52,970 nucleotides of DNA from an uncultured Planctomycetota bacterium (GCA_964569055.1 CAZMSZ010000004.1:1-52970); one strand, 5' to 3'. Positions 33,256 through 43,777 are shown, counted from the first letter of the stretch. The notes: generated from the sequence alone by a model not told the origin. Numbers and translations: made by a program.

Positions 33256-34335
33256 TCAGCGCGCGAACGGGAACAGGAGCTGACGGGGCGCCGCCTCGTC
33301 GAGGTGCGACACCCCCAAGCCGAGCAGGCGGACCGGCCGCCGCGCGACCTCGGTCAGGGCCAGCAGCGGGGTCGCCGCGGCCAGCAGCGCCTCGGCCTCG
33401 CGGATCGGCTCCTCGAGCGTCTTGCTGCGCGACACCAGCTGGAAGTCGGCGTACTTCACCTTGAGCGTCACCGTCCGCCCCGCCACCCCTTCCCGAGCGA
33501 GGCGCCGCTCGAGGAGCGGGGCCAGCCGCTCGAGCTCGCGCCGGGCGGCCGCCACGCCGACGAGGTCGGCGGCGAACGTGTCCTCCACGCTGCACGAGCG
33601 CCGGCGGCGCTCGGCCTTCACGGGGCGCGGGTCCTCTCCCCGGCAGAGCCTCGCCAGCCGGGCGCCCGCGCTCCCGAGCCACTCCTCCATCCGCTCCTCG
33701 CCGTGGCGCGCGACGTCGCCGCAGGTCCGGATCCCGAGCGCGGCCAGCCGCGCCTCGGTCACGCGCCCCACGCCCGGGACCTTGCCGATCGGCAGCTCGC
33801 GCACGACGTCCGCCACGTCGGACGGCGCGATCACGACCAGGCCGCCCGGCTTGCGCAGGTCCGAGGCGACCTTGGCGAGGAACTTGTTCGGCGCCACTCC
33901 GGCCGAGGCGCTCAGCCCCGTCGCGGCGCGGATCTCGCGCAGGATCGCCGCCGCGGTCGCGGTGGCCGAGCCCAGCCCGCGCCGGTCGGAGGTCACGTCG
34001 AGGTAGCCCTCGTCGAGCCCGAGCGGCTCGACCGCGTCGGCGTAGCGCTCGAGCACCTCGAACACCGCGCGCGAGGCGCGCTGGTAGCGCGCGAAGTCGG
34101 GCCGCAAGAACACCCCCTGCGGACAGAGCCGGGCCGCCTGCGCCGCGGGCATGGCCGAGCGCACGCCGAACGCGCGGGCCTCGTAGGACGCGGTCGCCAC
34201 CACCCCGCGGCTGTTGGGCGCGCCGCCCACGATCACCGGCCGCCCGCGCAGCTCGGGGCGGTCGCGCTGCTCGACCGACGCATAGAACGCGTCCATGTCG
34301 ACGTGGATCACCTTGCGGACGGCCGGTCCGTTCAC
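33256..34335 (-). CDS. dinB: DNA polymerase IV (Y-family translesion polymerase)
   Basis: 359 aa. Hallmark N-terminus IHVDMDAFYASVEQRDRPELRGRPVIVGG...GVVATASYEARAFGVRSAMP. Later KFLAKVASDLRKPGG and LPIGKVPGVG. Confidence 0.95.
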   Translation of the reverse strand: MNGPAVRKVIHVDMDAFYASVEQRDRPELRGRPVIVGGAPNSRGVVATASYEARAFGVRSAMPAAQAARLCPQGVFLRPDFARYQRASRAVFEVLERYADAVEPLGLDEGYLDVTSDRRGLGSATATAAAILREIRAATGLSASAGVAPNKFLAKVASDLRKPGGLVVIAPSDVADVVRELPIGKVPGVGRVTEARLAALGIRTCGDVARHGEERMEEWLGSAGARLARLCRGEDPRPVKAERRRRSCSVEDTFAADLVGVAAARRELERLAPLLERRLAREGVAGRTVTLKVKYADFQLVSRSKTLEEPIREAEALLAAATPLLALTEVARRPVRLLGLGVSHLDEAAPRQLLFPFAR

Positions 34336-34436
34336 CCCTCCATGTTCGCCGCCGGGGCCGACGCTCGCGCGACCGGGTCCTGCTGGCGCGCGCCGGCCGA
34401 GCCACTACCATGGGCCCACCGACAGGAGCAGCGAGC

Positions 34437-34856
34437 ATGCACCACCACGGCCACGAGCACCCGCACGCGCACCACCACCACCACGGCGAGCTGCGCACGC
34501 TGCGCGTCAGCAAGGCCCGCCTGGTCGAGGCGCTCCGCGACAACCGCGAGCGGCACCAGCGCGAGTACCAGGAGGCCCTCGCCGGCTACCGCGGGCAGCT
34601 CGTGACGGCGCTCACGCGCAAGCTCGAGCGGGCGCGGCGCAAGGAGGACGTCGACCACCACATCGACCTCGAGCGGCCCGTCGACCGCACCGCGGACTAC
34701 GACCGGGCGCTCGCGATCCTGGAGTGGGAGGAGCAGGACGCGATCGACCTGCCGCTCGGCGACTTCGAGCGCTGGGTCCTCGACGCCTGGTCCTGGCGGC
34801 CCGCCTTCAAGGCGCTGCACGCGTCCTACACGCTCGGGGCCACCGCGCGCGACTGA
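34437..34856 (+). CDS. His-rich N-terminus hypothetical protein
   Basis: The ATG at 34437 is preferred over 34410 because AGGAG lies ~9 nt upstream. The product begins MHHHGHEHPHAHHHHHGEL and continues as a charged helical protein. No family recognised. Confidence 0.6.
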   Translation: MHHHGHEHPHAHHHHHGELRTLRVSKARLVEALRDNRERHQREYQEALAGYRGQLVTALTRKLERARRKEDVDHHIDLERPVDRTADYDRALAILEWEEQDAIDLPLGDFERWVLDAWSWRPAFKALHASYTLGATARD

Positions 34857-34867
34857 GCCCGCCGCGG

Positions 34868-35210
34868 CTGAGGGGCGCTCTCCTCGGCGGGGAATGGACC
34901 GCCAAGGAAGAGCTGCCGCTGTGGGGGGTCTCCTCGGCGGAGAGTGGACCGCCAAGGAAGAGCTGCCGCTGTGGGGGGCTCTCCTCGCCGGAAGAGTGGA
35001 CCGCCAAGAGCGCCAAGAGCGCCAAGGAAGAGCTGCCGCTGAGGGGCGCTCTCCTCGGCGGAGAGTGGACCGCCAAGGAAGAGCTGCCGCTGTGGGGGGC
35101 TCTCCTCGCCGGAAGAGTGGACCGCCAAGAGCGCCAAGAGCGCCAAGGAAGAGCTGCCGCTGAGGGGCGCTCTCCTCGGCGGAGAGTGGACCGCCAAGGA
35201 AGAGCTGCCG
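34868..35210 (+). repeat. Intergenic tandem array of six units (51, 50, 70, 51, 70, 51 bp), with the last four forming a perfect 2 x 121-bp higher-order repeat
   Basis: Unit boundaries read directly at 34868, 34919, 34969, 35039, 35090, 35160. The short unit is ctgaggggcgctctcctcggcggagagtggaccgccaaggaagagctgccg. The long unit adds (agcgccaag)2. 34969-35089 is identical to 35090-35210. Confidence 0.9.
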
Positions 35211-35514
35211 CTGAGGTTTCCCCAGCCTCGCCCCGCTCGACCCACCCGGCGCTGCGGCGCGGGAGAACCCGTGCCGCGCGGGGAAGGCTGCGTGCCGTCC
35301 CTGGAACACTTCCCCGCTCGCGCGATTCAGCGCGCGCTGTCCGCCGACCGCCCACCCGTTGTGCGGAGACGGCGCGCGGCGGGGGCTTGGGCGTCGCGGT
35401 CGGCGCCCGGCGCGCGTCCCGTGAACCCGTTGGAGCGCGTCCCCTGGCCGCGGCGCGACGGTTGCTCCTCCTCCGTGCGGCCGCTCGCGTCGAGCGCGCC
35501 CGAAGGAGGAGCAC

Positions 35515-36234
35515 GTGCTTGCCTGGCAGCGCGTCGCGCTCGGGGTCCTGGCGGCCGCCTGGGTGGGGTGCGCCACTCCTGACCTGGGCGCGAGCGAATG
35601 GCTCCGGCTCCGAGACGTCACCCACCGCTGGGTGTACTACCCCAGCGCCCGGGTGTTCGCCTGCGACGCCCACCATCACTTCTGGGTGTATCGCGGCGGG
35701 CGCTGGCTCGAGGAGGAGCAGCTCGCGCTGGACCTCGACGGCCTCGATCACCTCCAGCTCTCGGGGCGGCCCGCCCCCGAGCCCGACCCCGACGCGCACC
35801 AGTGGGTGTTCTATCCGGGCCAGGAGGTCTACCGCTGCACGGTCCACGAGCGCTACTGGGTGCGCGTGGCGGGAGGCTGGGTGCTCCGCGACCAGGCCCC
35901 GGGCCCCCTGCCCGACGGGGTGGCCATCGCCGCGACGGGCCCCGCGCCGCACACCCTGCGCGCGAGGCACGGGCCGCGGGGTCCGGAGCTGAGCGTCGAG
36001 GCGGCGGCGCCGCACACCGCGTGGGCCGCCGACCGGCCCACCAGCCTCCGCGGCGGCGACCTCCGCCCGGTGCGGCTGCTGTCGGACACGGCGGCGCGCG
36101 CCCCGTCGCCTCACTCGATCGCGACGGTGCGCAGCTCGAGCTGGTCGAACCGCGCCGAGGCCGGCGCCGGCGGGTCGGTCGGGTCGGAAGCCACCAGGGC
36201 CGCCTCGAGCGGCGACGCGCTGCGCGGCAAGTAG
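35515..36234 (+). CDS. Putative lipoprotein with duplicated H-x-WV(Y/F)YP...C..H..(F/Y)WV motif
   Basis: GTG start preceded by AAGGAGGAG. Signal peptide with lipobox (LAAAWVGC). Two internal repeats (HRWVYYPSARVFACDAHHHFWVYRGGRW and HQWVFYPGQEVYRCTVHERYWVRVAGGW). The last 124 nt overlap the 3' end of the convergent kinase gene, so the C-terminal tail is uncertain. Confidence 0.55.
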   Translation: MLAWQRVALGVLAAAWVGCATPDLGASEWLRLRDVTHRWVYYPSARVFACDAHHHFWVYRGGRWLEEEQLALDLDGLDHLQLSGRPAPEPDPDAHQWVFYPGQEVYRCTVHERYWVRVAGGWVLRDQAPGPLPDGVAIAATGPAPHTLRARHGPRGPELSVEAAAPHTAWAADRPTSLRGGDLRPVRLLSDTAARAPSPHSIATVRSSSWSNRAEAGAGGSVGSEATRAASSGDALRGK

Positions 36235-39200
36235 AGCGGCGCCTCGAGCACCTCCACCCCATGCTCCGGATCGGGCCCGACGCGCACCGCGAGGCGGTCC
36301 CCCCGGCGCTCCAGCTCGAACACCAGCCACGAGGCGTCGGGCGACCAGGCGCGCGCCCCCAGCAGGAGCGGCGGCTGATCGCCGTGCACCAGCTCCACGG
36401 TGACCTGCGTCGCGCGGGACGCGGCGCGCTCGCGCAGCAAGACGCGCAGCTCGGGGCCTGGCTCGGCCGCGAGGCGCAGCGTCACCCCCGCGGCGCGCTC
36501 GCGCTCGGGACGAAAGCGCAGCCGCACGCGCAGCACGAGCTCGCCCCGCACGGGCGGCAGCGCCAGGCGCTCGCCGCCGCCGCCGCACGCGCGCAGGAGC
36601 GCGCCCTCCGCCGCGAGGTCGCCCAGCGTGAGGGCGGGGCGCTCGCTGGCGGGCGTCCTCACCACGGCCAGGTGCGCGGGTGCGGCGGCGAGCCGCGCGG
36701 GCGCGAGCGCGGGGAGCGCCGAGCCGCGCCAGGAGCCGACCAGCTCCAGCCGCGTCAGCCGGCCGCCCGCGCGCTGAACGAGCCGCACGTGCTCCTCGGG
36801 GCCGAGCGAGCCGGGGAGCGGCGCCCTGCGCAGGAGCGCGCCGTCCTGCCAGGCCGCGAAAGACGCGCGACCGAAGGCGACGTCGAACCGAGCGACCGGC
36901 GCCTCGGCCGCTCCCGGCTGACCGCCCACGCCGAGGCTCACGCCTGCCGGCGCGAGCAGCGAGCGCGGCGCATAGGCCTCGATCCGGAGCGGGCTCGCGA
37001 GCGTCGCCACCAGCCGGATCGAGCGTAGACCCTCGAAGGGGAACGCGGTCACGAGCGCCAGCGGGCCCTCGACCCCGCGCGGCCCGGCGGACTCCTCCGC
37101 GAACACGTCGATCCCGTCGGCCGCGCGCGGCGACGCCGCCGCGCCGAACGGGGCGATCACGCGGAGCCGACCGTGAGGCGCCGGGAGCGCCAACAGGCCG
37201 TATTGCGCGGCGAACGCCAGCCGGACCCGCGCCTCCTCGAGGGCGAGGGGATCGGCCCCGGGGACGGCCAGGGGCCCGGCCTCGGGCGCCGCGTCGGGCG
37301 CGAGCCGCAGGACCGCGAGCGAGGCCTCGAGCGCCGCCGCGTCGGCCGAGCTGGGCGCGACCGCCCGCGCGTGGCTCGCCGCGGCCGCGCCTGCGTCGTC
37401 GCCGCGGGCCACCATCCGCTCGGCGGCCGCGAGCTGGTCGTCGGGACCGAGGTCGCTGCGCGTGGCGACATGGGACTCGAAGCGGCCCTCGTCCAGCGCC
37501 GGGTCGGCCCCGGGGAGCGCGAGCAGGCCGCCCGCCAGGCGCAGCGCCGCGCGGGGCGGGCCGGCCGCGACCGGCGGCTCGGGGTCGAGGTCGTGCAGCA
37601 GCCCGAGCGCGCCGAGCGCCGCCGCGGCCGCGGCCGCCACGCGCGGCTCGGGGTCAGCGCGCAGCGGCTCGAGCCGGGCGCTCGCGAGCGCGGCCGGCAG
37701 GCCGCCGGCGCGGCTGGCCGACACCGCGAGCGCGAGGGCGGACGCCGCGCGCAGGGTGGGGCTCGGCGCGCGGGTCAGCGCCTCGAGCGCGGCGGCCTCG
37801 CGCTCGCCCAGGCGCGGCGCGAGCTCGAGGAGGGTCAGCGCGGCGGCGGGCCCGCTCGCGGCGTCGCCGGCGGCCGCCGCGGCCCAGCGGGGGAACCCCT
37901 CCAGCGGGTCGCTCGTGCCGGGCGGCGCCAGGGCGCCGAGCGCGAGCAGACTGGCTCGCGCCGCCTCGCGCAGCAGCGGCGCCTCCGCGCCCCGCGCCGC
38001 CTCGAGCCCCGCCGCCGCCGCGTCGCTCGGGAGGCGCGGGGCCGCCAACGCCGCCGCGACCCGCGCGGCGAGGGGAGCGGCGGGGTCGAGCAACACGGCC
38101 TCGGGCGCGGGGGCGCCCGCGTCGCGCCGGAGCGGCTCGCGCCGCGCGAGCCGCAGACGCAGCGCGCTCCAGCCGTCGGTCAGCGCGTCGACCGCCCCGG
38201 CCGCGAGCCACCCGTCCACCAGCTCGGCCAAGGGCGCCAGGTCGTGGGGCGCGCTGGCGAGCGCGCGCCAGCGCGCCTCCTCGGCGGTCCGGCGCCAGCC
38301 GCGCGCGTCGGCGTCGCTGGCCTCGGCGCGCGCGAGCCGGAGCGGGAGGTCGCGCGCCGCGCACCCGCCGTCGCGCGCCGCGCGGTAGGCCACCAGCGCC
38401 TCGCTCGCGCGCCCCGCGGCCTCCGCCAGTCGCCCGGCCAGGTAGTGGCCGGCGGGCGTGCGCGGGCCGTCCGCCGCGAGCGCGCTCGCGCCCACGAGCT
38501 CGTCGGGCTCGCGCCCGGCCACGAGCTCCAGCGCCGCCAGCCCTTCGCGAGGCCCGGCCGCGTCCGGCGCGAGCGCGGCCGCGCGCTCGAGGGCGGCGCG
38601 CCCCTCGGCGCGAGCCCCCTCGCCGGCGGGGCCCTGCTCGGCCGCGAGGGCGGCCGTCAGCGCGCGGGTCGCCTCCGCCCAGGACCGCTCGAGCGCGGCG
38701 GGGTCGGGGCCTCGCGGCAGGAGGGCCCCCGCGACGAACGCGGCCAGCGCGCTCAGGAGCGGCGGGAGCGCGCGCCGAGCGAGCGACGGCGCGGGGAGCG
38801 GCGGCGGCGCGGCGCTCGCGGCGCGCTCGCCGGCCCGCCAGGCCGCGAGCGCGTCGGCCAGCGCGGCGGCGCTCGGGTAGCGCCCCTCCGGCTCCTTCTC
38901 GAGGCAGCGCAGGCAGATCGCCTCGAGGGTCGGGTCGAGCCCGGGCCGCAGCGCGCTCGGGCGCGGCGGCGGCCGGCGCACGACCGCCACGACCACGTTC
39001 ATGGAGGCGTCGCCGCCGAAGGGCGCCTCCCCGGTGAGCGCCTCGAACAGCGTCGCGCCCAGGGCGTAGACGTCGCTGCGCGCGTCGATCCGCTCCTTCT
39101 GTCCGCGGACCTGCTCGGGCGGCATGTAGGCCGGCGTGCCGAGCATCTGCCCGGTGGCGGTCAAGCTGAGCGCCTCGTCCACGGCCTTGGCCAGGCCGAA

Positions 39201-40112
39201 GTCGGTGACGAGCGGCTCGCCCGCCCCGTCGATCATGACGTTGCTCGGCTTGAGGTCGCGATGCAGCACGCCCTGCTCGTGGGCCGCGTGCAGCGCCCGC
39301 GCCAGCTTCTCGACGAGCTGGGCCGCCTCCTCGGGCGCGAGCGGGCCGGCGCGCTCGATCCGCGCCCCGAGCGACTCGCCCTCGATCAGGTCCATGGCTA
39401 TGAAGCTCTGCCCCTGATCGGTGCCGACCTCGTGCACGGCGACGATGTTGGGGTGCCGCAGGCGCGCCGCCGCGCGGGCCTCGACGCCGAACCGCTGCAG
39501 GGCGTGCGCGTCCGCGCCGAGCACGACCTTGACCGCCACCTTGCGCCCGAGGGCCACGTGCCGCGCCACGAACACCGCGCCCATGCCGCCGCGCGCCAGC
39601 TCCTCGCCCAGCTCGTAGGGGCCGAGCCGTCGCGGGCGCGCCGCGGGGACCCAGGTGCGCGCGGCGGGCGCCAGCGGACGGTCGATCGTCACGTCCGCCG
39701 GCGCCGGGCTGGGCGGCGCGAGCGGCCGCTCCACGGTGAGGTCGGGCGCGTCGCCGCCCGGCCCGCCCGCGGGCGCGCCGTAGCGGTCCGTGCCCGGCGC
39801 CGCGCCGTAGCGGTCGGCGACGGGCGCGGCGCGGAGGCGATCGCTCGCAGGCGCGCCGCCCGGGCGCTCGGCCTGCGGCGACCGGGCGGCCGGGGCCGCC
39901 GCGCCGAGCGCGCGCAGGTAGGCCCCCTCGAGCTCACGGACCGCGGGAGCGGGCAAGCGCTCGCGGAGGAGCGACAGCAGCTCGCGCGCGGCGCCGGCGG
40001 CGCGCAGCCGGGCCAGCTCGGCACGAGCGGCGTGGGCCGCCGGCTCGGAGAGGAAGCCCCGCTCGATCGCGAACCGCAGCACGGCCTGCTCGGCCGCCTC
40101 GCGCGGCTGCAC
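36111..40112 (-). CDS. Large Ser/Thr protein kinase with long Ala-rich helical-repeat C-terminal region
   Basis: GTG start directly after the stop of the upstream FHA-kinase gene. Kinase motifs: LARGGMGAVFVARH, VAVKVV, HRDLKPSNVMI, DFGLAK, GTPAYMPPE. About 900 aa of TPR/HEAT-like Ala/Leu-rich sequence follow, then a beta-rich C-terminal ~200 aa. Confidence 0.9.
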   Translation of the reverse strand: MQPREAAEQAVLRFAIERGFLSEPAAHAARAELARLRAAGAARELLSLLRERLPAPAVRELEGAYLRALGAAAPAARSPQAERPGGAPASDRLRAAPVADRYGAAPGTDRYGAPAGGPGGDAPDLTVERPLAPPSPAPADVTIDRPLAPAARTWVPAARPRRLGPYELGEELARGGMGAVFVARHVALGRKVAVKVVLGADAHALQRFGVEARAAARLRHPNIVAVHEVGTDQGQSFIAMDLIEGESLGARIERAGPLAPEEAAQLVEKLARALHAAHEQGVLHRDLKPSNVMIDGAGEPLVTDFGLAKAVDEALSLTATGQMLGTPAYMPPEQVRGQKERIDARSDVYALGATLFEALTGEAPFGGDASMNVVVAVVRRPPPRPSALRPGLDPTLEAICLRCLEKEPEGRYPSAAALADALAAWRAGERAASAAPPPLPAPSLARRALPPLLSALAAFVAGALLPRGPDPAALERSWAEATRALTAALAAEQGPAGEGARAEGRAALERAAALAPDAAGPREGLAALELVAGREPDELVGASALAADGPRTPAGHYLAGRLAEAAGRASEALVAYRAARDGGCAARDLPLRLARAEASDADARGWRRTAEEARWRALASAPHDLAPLAELVDGWLAAGAVDALTDGWSALRLRLARREPLRRDAGAPAPEAVLLDPAAPLAARVAAALAAPRLPSDAAAAGLEAARGAEAPLLREAARASLLALGALAPPGTSDPLEGFPRWAAAAAGDAASGPAAALTLLELAPRLGEREAAALEALTRAPSPTLRAASALALAVSASRAGGLPAALASARLEPLRADPEPRVAAAAAAALGALGLLHDLDPEPPVAAGPPRAALRLAGGLLALPGADPALDEGRFESHVATRSDLGPDDQLAAAERMVARGDDAGAAAASHARAVAPSSADAAALEASLAVLRLAPDAAPEAGPLAVPGADPLALEEARVRLAFAAQYGLLALPAPHGRLRVIAPFGAAASPRAADGIDVFAEESAGPRGVEGPLALVTAFPFEGLRSIRLVATLASPLRIEAYAPRSLLAPAGVSLGVGGQPGAAEAPVARFDVAFGRASFAAWQDGALLRRAPLPGSLGPEEHVRLVQRAGGRLTRLELVGSWRGSALPALAPARLAAAPAHLAVVRTPASERPALTLGDLAAEGALLRACGGGGERLALPPVRGELVLRVRLRFRPERERAAGVTLRLAAEPGPELRVLLRERAASRATQVTVELVHGDQPPLLLGARAWSPDASWLVFELERRGDRLAVRVGPDPEHGVEVLEAPLYLPRSASPLEAALVASDPTDPPAPASARFDQLELRTVAIE

Positions 40113-40113
40113 G

Positions 40114-41241
<1,128 letters not shown>

Positions 41242-41358
41242 GCGCGCGAGCTTAACCGACCAGCCTGCGGCGAGTTGCGCACCTGTCGCCAAATCCCTCC
41301 CCACGCGGCGCGCCCCGCGCAGAGAACAGAGGCAAACCCAAGGAGGGACACGCCGCCA

Positions 41359-41583
41359 ATGGACCGAACCCGCCGTAGCCTGCTCGTCGCCTACCTGCTG
41401 TGGTTCTTCGTCGGCCTGCTGGGGATCCACCGCTTCTACCTCGGCCGCTGGATCACCGGCACGATCTGGCTCGTCACGGGCGGGCTGCTCGGGGTGGGCT
41501 GGTTCGTCGACGCGGTGCTGACCTACTTCATGGTCGAGCAGGAGAACGAGGCCGCGCCGTACTGGCATCCCGCGCGCGCCTGA
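41359..41583 (+). CDS. TM2-domain small membrane protein
   Basis: The ATG at 41359 is preceded by AAGGAGGG. 74 aa (LLVAYLLWFFVGLLGIHRFYLGRWITGTIWLVTGGLLGVGWFVD), which is the classic TM2 signature. Confidence 0.8.
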   Translation: MDRTRRSLLVAYLLWFFVGLLGIHRFYLGRWITGTIWLVTGGLLGVGWFVDAVLTYFMVEQENEAAPYWHPARA

Positions 41584-41640
41584 CCTCGTCGCCGTCGCCG
41601 AGCCAGCCTTGCGCGCTTCGGCCGCTGTCGGTCGAATCGG

Positions 41641-43113
41641 GTGATGCCGACGGTGGACAAGGTCGTCAGCCTCCTCGAGCGCTCGAAGCGCGGCCGCGCC
41701 CTCGACCCAGGCGAGCGCCGCCGCGTGGCGGAGGCCCTGGTCGCCGTGACGGACGCGCGCGGGCGCGTGCGCGGGCTCCCGGCGCTCGAGGTCCTCGCCA
41801 GCCGCCCCGAGCACTTCGAGGGGAGCGGGCGGTTCTCCGCGATCTTCCGCGCGGTGCTCGACCCCGACCGGCTCACGCGGGAGCAGCTCGAGGAGGTGCT
41901 GCTCGACCTCGAGGTGCAGGCGCACTTCCTCGCCGCGCCCGACCGCTCGATCGCCGACTACAAGCGGGTCCGCTCGGCCAAGCAGCGCGAGCTCGAGGCG
42001 CTCACCCCGCGCGACGTGCGCGGGCGCGTGCTGGAGCGGCTCAAGCGGATCGGCTTCTGGAGCGGTCGGCGCCGCCGCTACGAGGGCGTGGTCCTGATCG
42101 GGATCGACGAGCTGGCGGCGCCGCGGCGCGGGCGGCCGCGCCGCGAGCTGCGCCAGGAGTTCCTGTACGGGTTCGAGCACCCCAACCTCCTGTGCATAGC
42201 GCTCGGCTCGGTGGTCGAGGGGCGGCTGGTGCAGTTCGAGGAGTACTGGGGCTACCGCGACTGGCGCAGCCTCGGCCTGCGCGAGCGGGCCCGGGTCGCG
42301 CTCGACGCGGCGCGCGGCGTCGCGCACCTGCACCGGCTCAACGTGATCCACCGCGACATCAAGCCCGAGAACGTGCTGGTCAAGGGGCGCAAGCGGCCGC
42401 AGGCCAAGCTGTGCGACTACGGGCTGATCGACTCCGAGGACCTCTCGGCCCACGGGGTGACCCGCACCGAGGACGGCACGGTGGTCGGCACGATCCTGTA
42501 CATGGCGCCCGAGCAGGCGCGCGGGCAGCCGCACAAGGCGAGCGACGTGTTCGCGCTGGGCGGCCTGCTCTACACCTACCTGACCGATCAGCCGCCGACC
42601 CCGATCCCGCCCGACGCCACCCGCCACGAGCAGTCGGACCAGGTGCTCCACCGCCGGATCAAGCCGCACGACCCGGTCCGGGCCGCCCCCGCCGCGGGGC
42701 GGGGGAGCGGGCGCGGCGAGGCGGTGCTCGTGGAGCGCCTGTCCCTGGTGGTGGCCGCCTGCCTGCAGGAGCGCCCCGAGGAGCGCTACGCGGGCGTCGA
42801 CGAGCTGGTGTCCGACCTCGAGGCCGTGCTCGCAGGCGAAGAGCCCGAGCACGCGCGCGAGCGCGCCCGCGCGCTGCGGATCCCAATCGACCTCTACCGC
42901 GGCGCCGTGTTCTCCCCGGTCCCCCCCTTCCCGACCGGCGAGGTCGTGGCGGAGCTGGTGGGGCCACGTCCCGGGCCGAGCTGGGGGCGCCGCCTGCTGC
43001 TCGCCGTCGCGCTCGCCCTCGCCGCCCTCGCCGCGGTGACGGCGGCCGACGTGGGCGGCGCGCGCGGGCGCGTGCGCGCCGCCCTCGACGCGGTGCGGGC
43101 GGCGCTCCGCTGA
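41641..43113 (+). CDS. Atypical Ser/Thr kinase-like protein (degenerate N-lobe) with C-terminal TM helix
   Basis: HRDIKPENVLV catalytic loop. CDYG replaces DFG. GTILYMAPEQ is present. No GxGxxG loop or obvious VAIK lysine is recognisable upstream. C-terminal LLLAVALALAALAAV helix. The start is GTG 41641 or ATG 41644. Confidence 0.75.
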   Translation: MMPTVDKVVSLLERSKRGRALDPGERRRVAEALVAVTDARGRVRGLPALEVLASRPEHFEGSGRFSAIFRAVLDPDRLTREQLEEVLLDLEVQAHFLAAPDRSIADYKRVRSAKQRELEALTPRDVRGRVLERLKRIGFWSGRRRRYEGVVLIGIDELAAPRRGRPRRELRQEFLYGFEHPNLLCIALGSVVEGRLVQFEEYWGYRDWRSLGLRERARVALDAARGVAHLHRLNVIHRDIKPENVLVKGRKRPQAKLCDYGLIDSEDLSAHGVTRTEDGTVVGTILYMAPEQARGQPHKASDVFALGGLLYTYLTDQPPTPIPPDATRHEQSDQVLHRRIKPHDPVRAAPAAGRGSGRGEAVLVERLSLVVAACLQERPEERYAGVDELVSDLEAVLAGEEPEHARERARALRIPIDLYRGAVFSPVPPFPTGEVVAELVGPRPGPSWGRRLLLAVALALAALAAVTAADVGGARGRVRAALDAVRAALR

Positions 43114-43120
43114 GCGAGCC

Positions 43121-43777
43121 TCAGATCGTGCTGATCACCTTCAGGCCCGGCGCGCCGCAGGACTTGCAGCTCTCGCCGACCTCGTCGGTCTCGAAGGTCG
43201 AGTCGCAGTACTCGCACACCTTGACGTCGCGCTTCTCCTTGAAGGCGGGGAACACGTAGACGTCGCGCTCGCCGTCCTCGCGCAGGTAGCACACGTCCTG
43301 CTGCACGAGCGCCTGGAGCGTGTCGAGGGCGAGGCGCTGCGAGATGTCGAGCTCGGTCATGATCTGGAACGAGGTCAGCTCGCCCTGGTGCTGCTGCGCG
43401 AGCTTGGCCACGACCATCTGCATGCGTTTGGGGTCGGACTTGAGCAGCTCCTCGTCGACGGTCTTCTTGACGAAGGCGATCCCCGAGCGCAGCTCGTCCT
43501 CGCCGACCCGCAGCAGCATGCCGAGCGCCTGGTTGCCGACGCCGGTCCCGAGGCCGCGCCCGCTGGTCAGGGCGCCCGCCACGCCGGCGCTCAGCACGCC
43601 GGCCGCGCCGCCGGCGGCGCCGAGGGCGCCCGACACCGCGTCCGACATGAGGCTCGTCGCCTGCTTCGCCGCGCCGCCCGCGACCCGGCGGAAGGCGAAC
43701 ACGGCCACCGCCACGAGCAGCACGAAGAACAGGACCCCGCCGGCGAACAGGCCGAGCAGCACGAGCACGGCGCTCAC
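43121..43777 (-). CDS. Membrane-anchored hypothetical protein with C-terminal CxxC-x12-CxxC zinc ribbon
   Basis: GTG start. N-terminal TM (VLVLLGLFAGGVLFFVLLVAVAVFAF), a Gly/Ala-rich linker, a helical region that may be winged-helix-like, then CEYCDSTFETDEVGESCKSCG. Confidence 0.65.
   Translation of the reverse strand: MSAVLVLLGLFAGGVLFFVLLVAVAVFAFRRVAGGAAKQATSLMSDAVSGALGAAGGAAGVLSAGVAGALTSGRGLGTGVGNQALGMLLRVGEDELRSGIAFVKKTVDEELLKSDPKRMQMVVAKLAQQHQGELTSFQIMTELDISQRLALDTLQALVQQDVCYLREDGERDVYVFPAFKEKRDVKVCEYCDSTFETDEVGESCKSCGAPGLKVISTI

Noticed and set aside
34868-35210. Possible CRISPR array
   Set aside because: The sequence between the most conserved cores is itself repeated, so there are no unique spacers. 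Unit lengths are 50-70 bp head-to-tail, and there are no cas genes in the window. It is called a tandem minisatellite instead.
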